Assembly (NCBI GenBank): GCA_963665775.2
Contig: CAXXTF010000002.1
Coordinates: forward strand, 1,376,001-1,440,000
Direction: 5' to 3'
Length of the DNA: 64,000 bases
Source: Dehalococcoidia bacterium
GTDB lineage: Bacteria > Chloroflexota > Dehalococcoidia > SM23-28-2 > RBG-16-64-32
Of this stretch, positions 63,933-64,000 are shown in pieces. Position 1 is the first letter of the stretch, and every line of letters starts with the position of its first letter. The notes under the pieces are model-generated. The model saw only the letters and a list, made by a program, of their open reading frames with translations. It searched no databases and was not told the origin of the DNA. Made by a program: the position numbers and the translations under genes.

Positions 63933-64000
63933 GTAGGCATGAACTCCAGTTCATGGGTACGGTTCTTGTCCCCTGAAACCCCACCTTGACGGCATTTTAG

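Overview
GC-rich bacterial window. Gene content (tandem glnA-glnA-PII-amtB, translin-like gene, F420 cofC/cofD, many PT-linker lipoproteins) suggests Chloroflexota, probably Dehalococcoidia-like; this is an inference. Bases 1-47.8 kb are mostly housekeeping: B12 uptake operon under a cobalamin riboswitch, mutS2, cofD/cofC, rarA, lpdA/lipB, ftsH, ribF, tyrS, uvrA, thiE and four tRNAs, including an unusual tRNA-Arg(GCG). Bases 47.9-64 kb form a tandem array of segments bounded by repeated tRNA-Lys 3' ends, containing a tyrosine integrase, IS ends, lipoprotein genes and the nitrogen-assimilation cluster. The strongest novelty candidate is a 391-bp cassette (palindrome - small GIY-YIG nuclease - inverted palindrome) inserted at the start of mutS2 with an exact 38-bp duplication. 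Solo copies of its palindrome occur elsewhere, two of them in-frame inside cofD and rarA. Also notable are a c-di-AMP riboswitch in front of a tiny Zn-ribbon gene, an 11-bp-periodic GlnR-like box array before amtB, and several genes collapsed by internal deletions. All calls come from reading the sequence by eye; no database searches were run.
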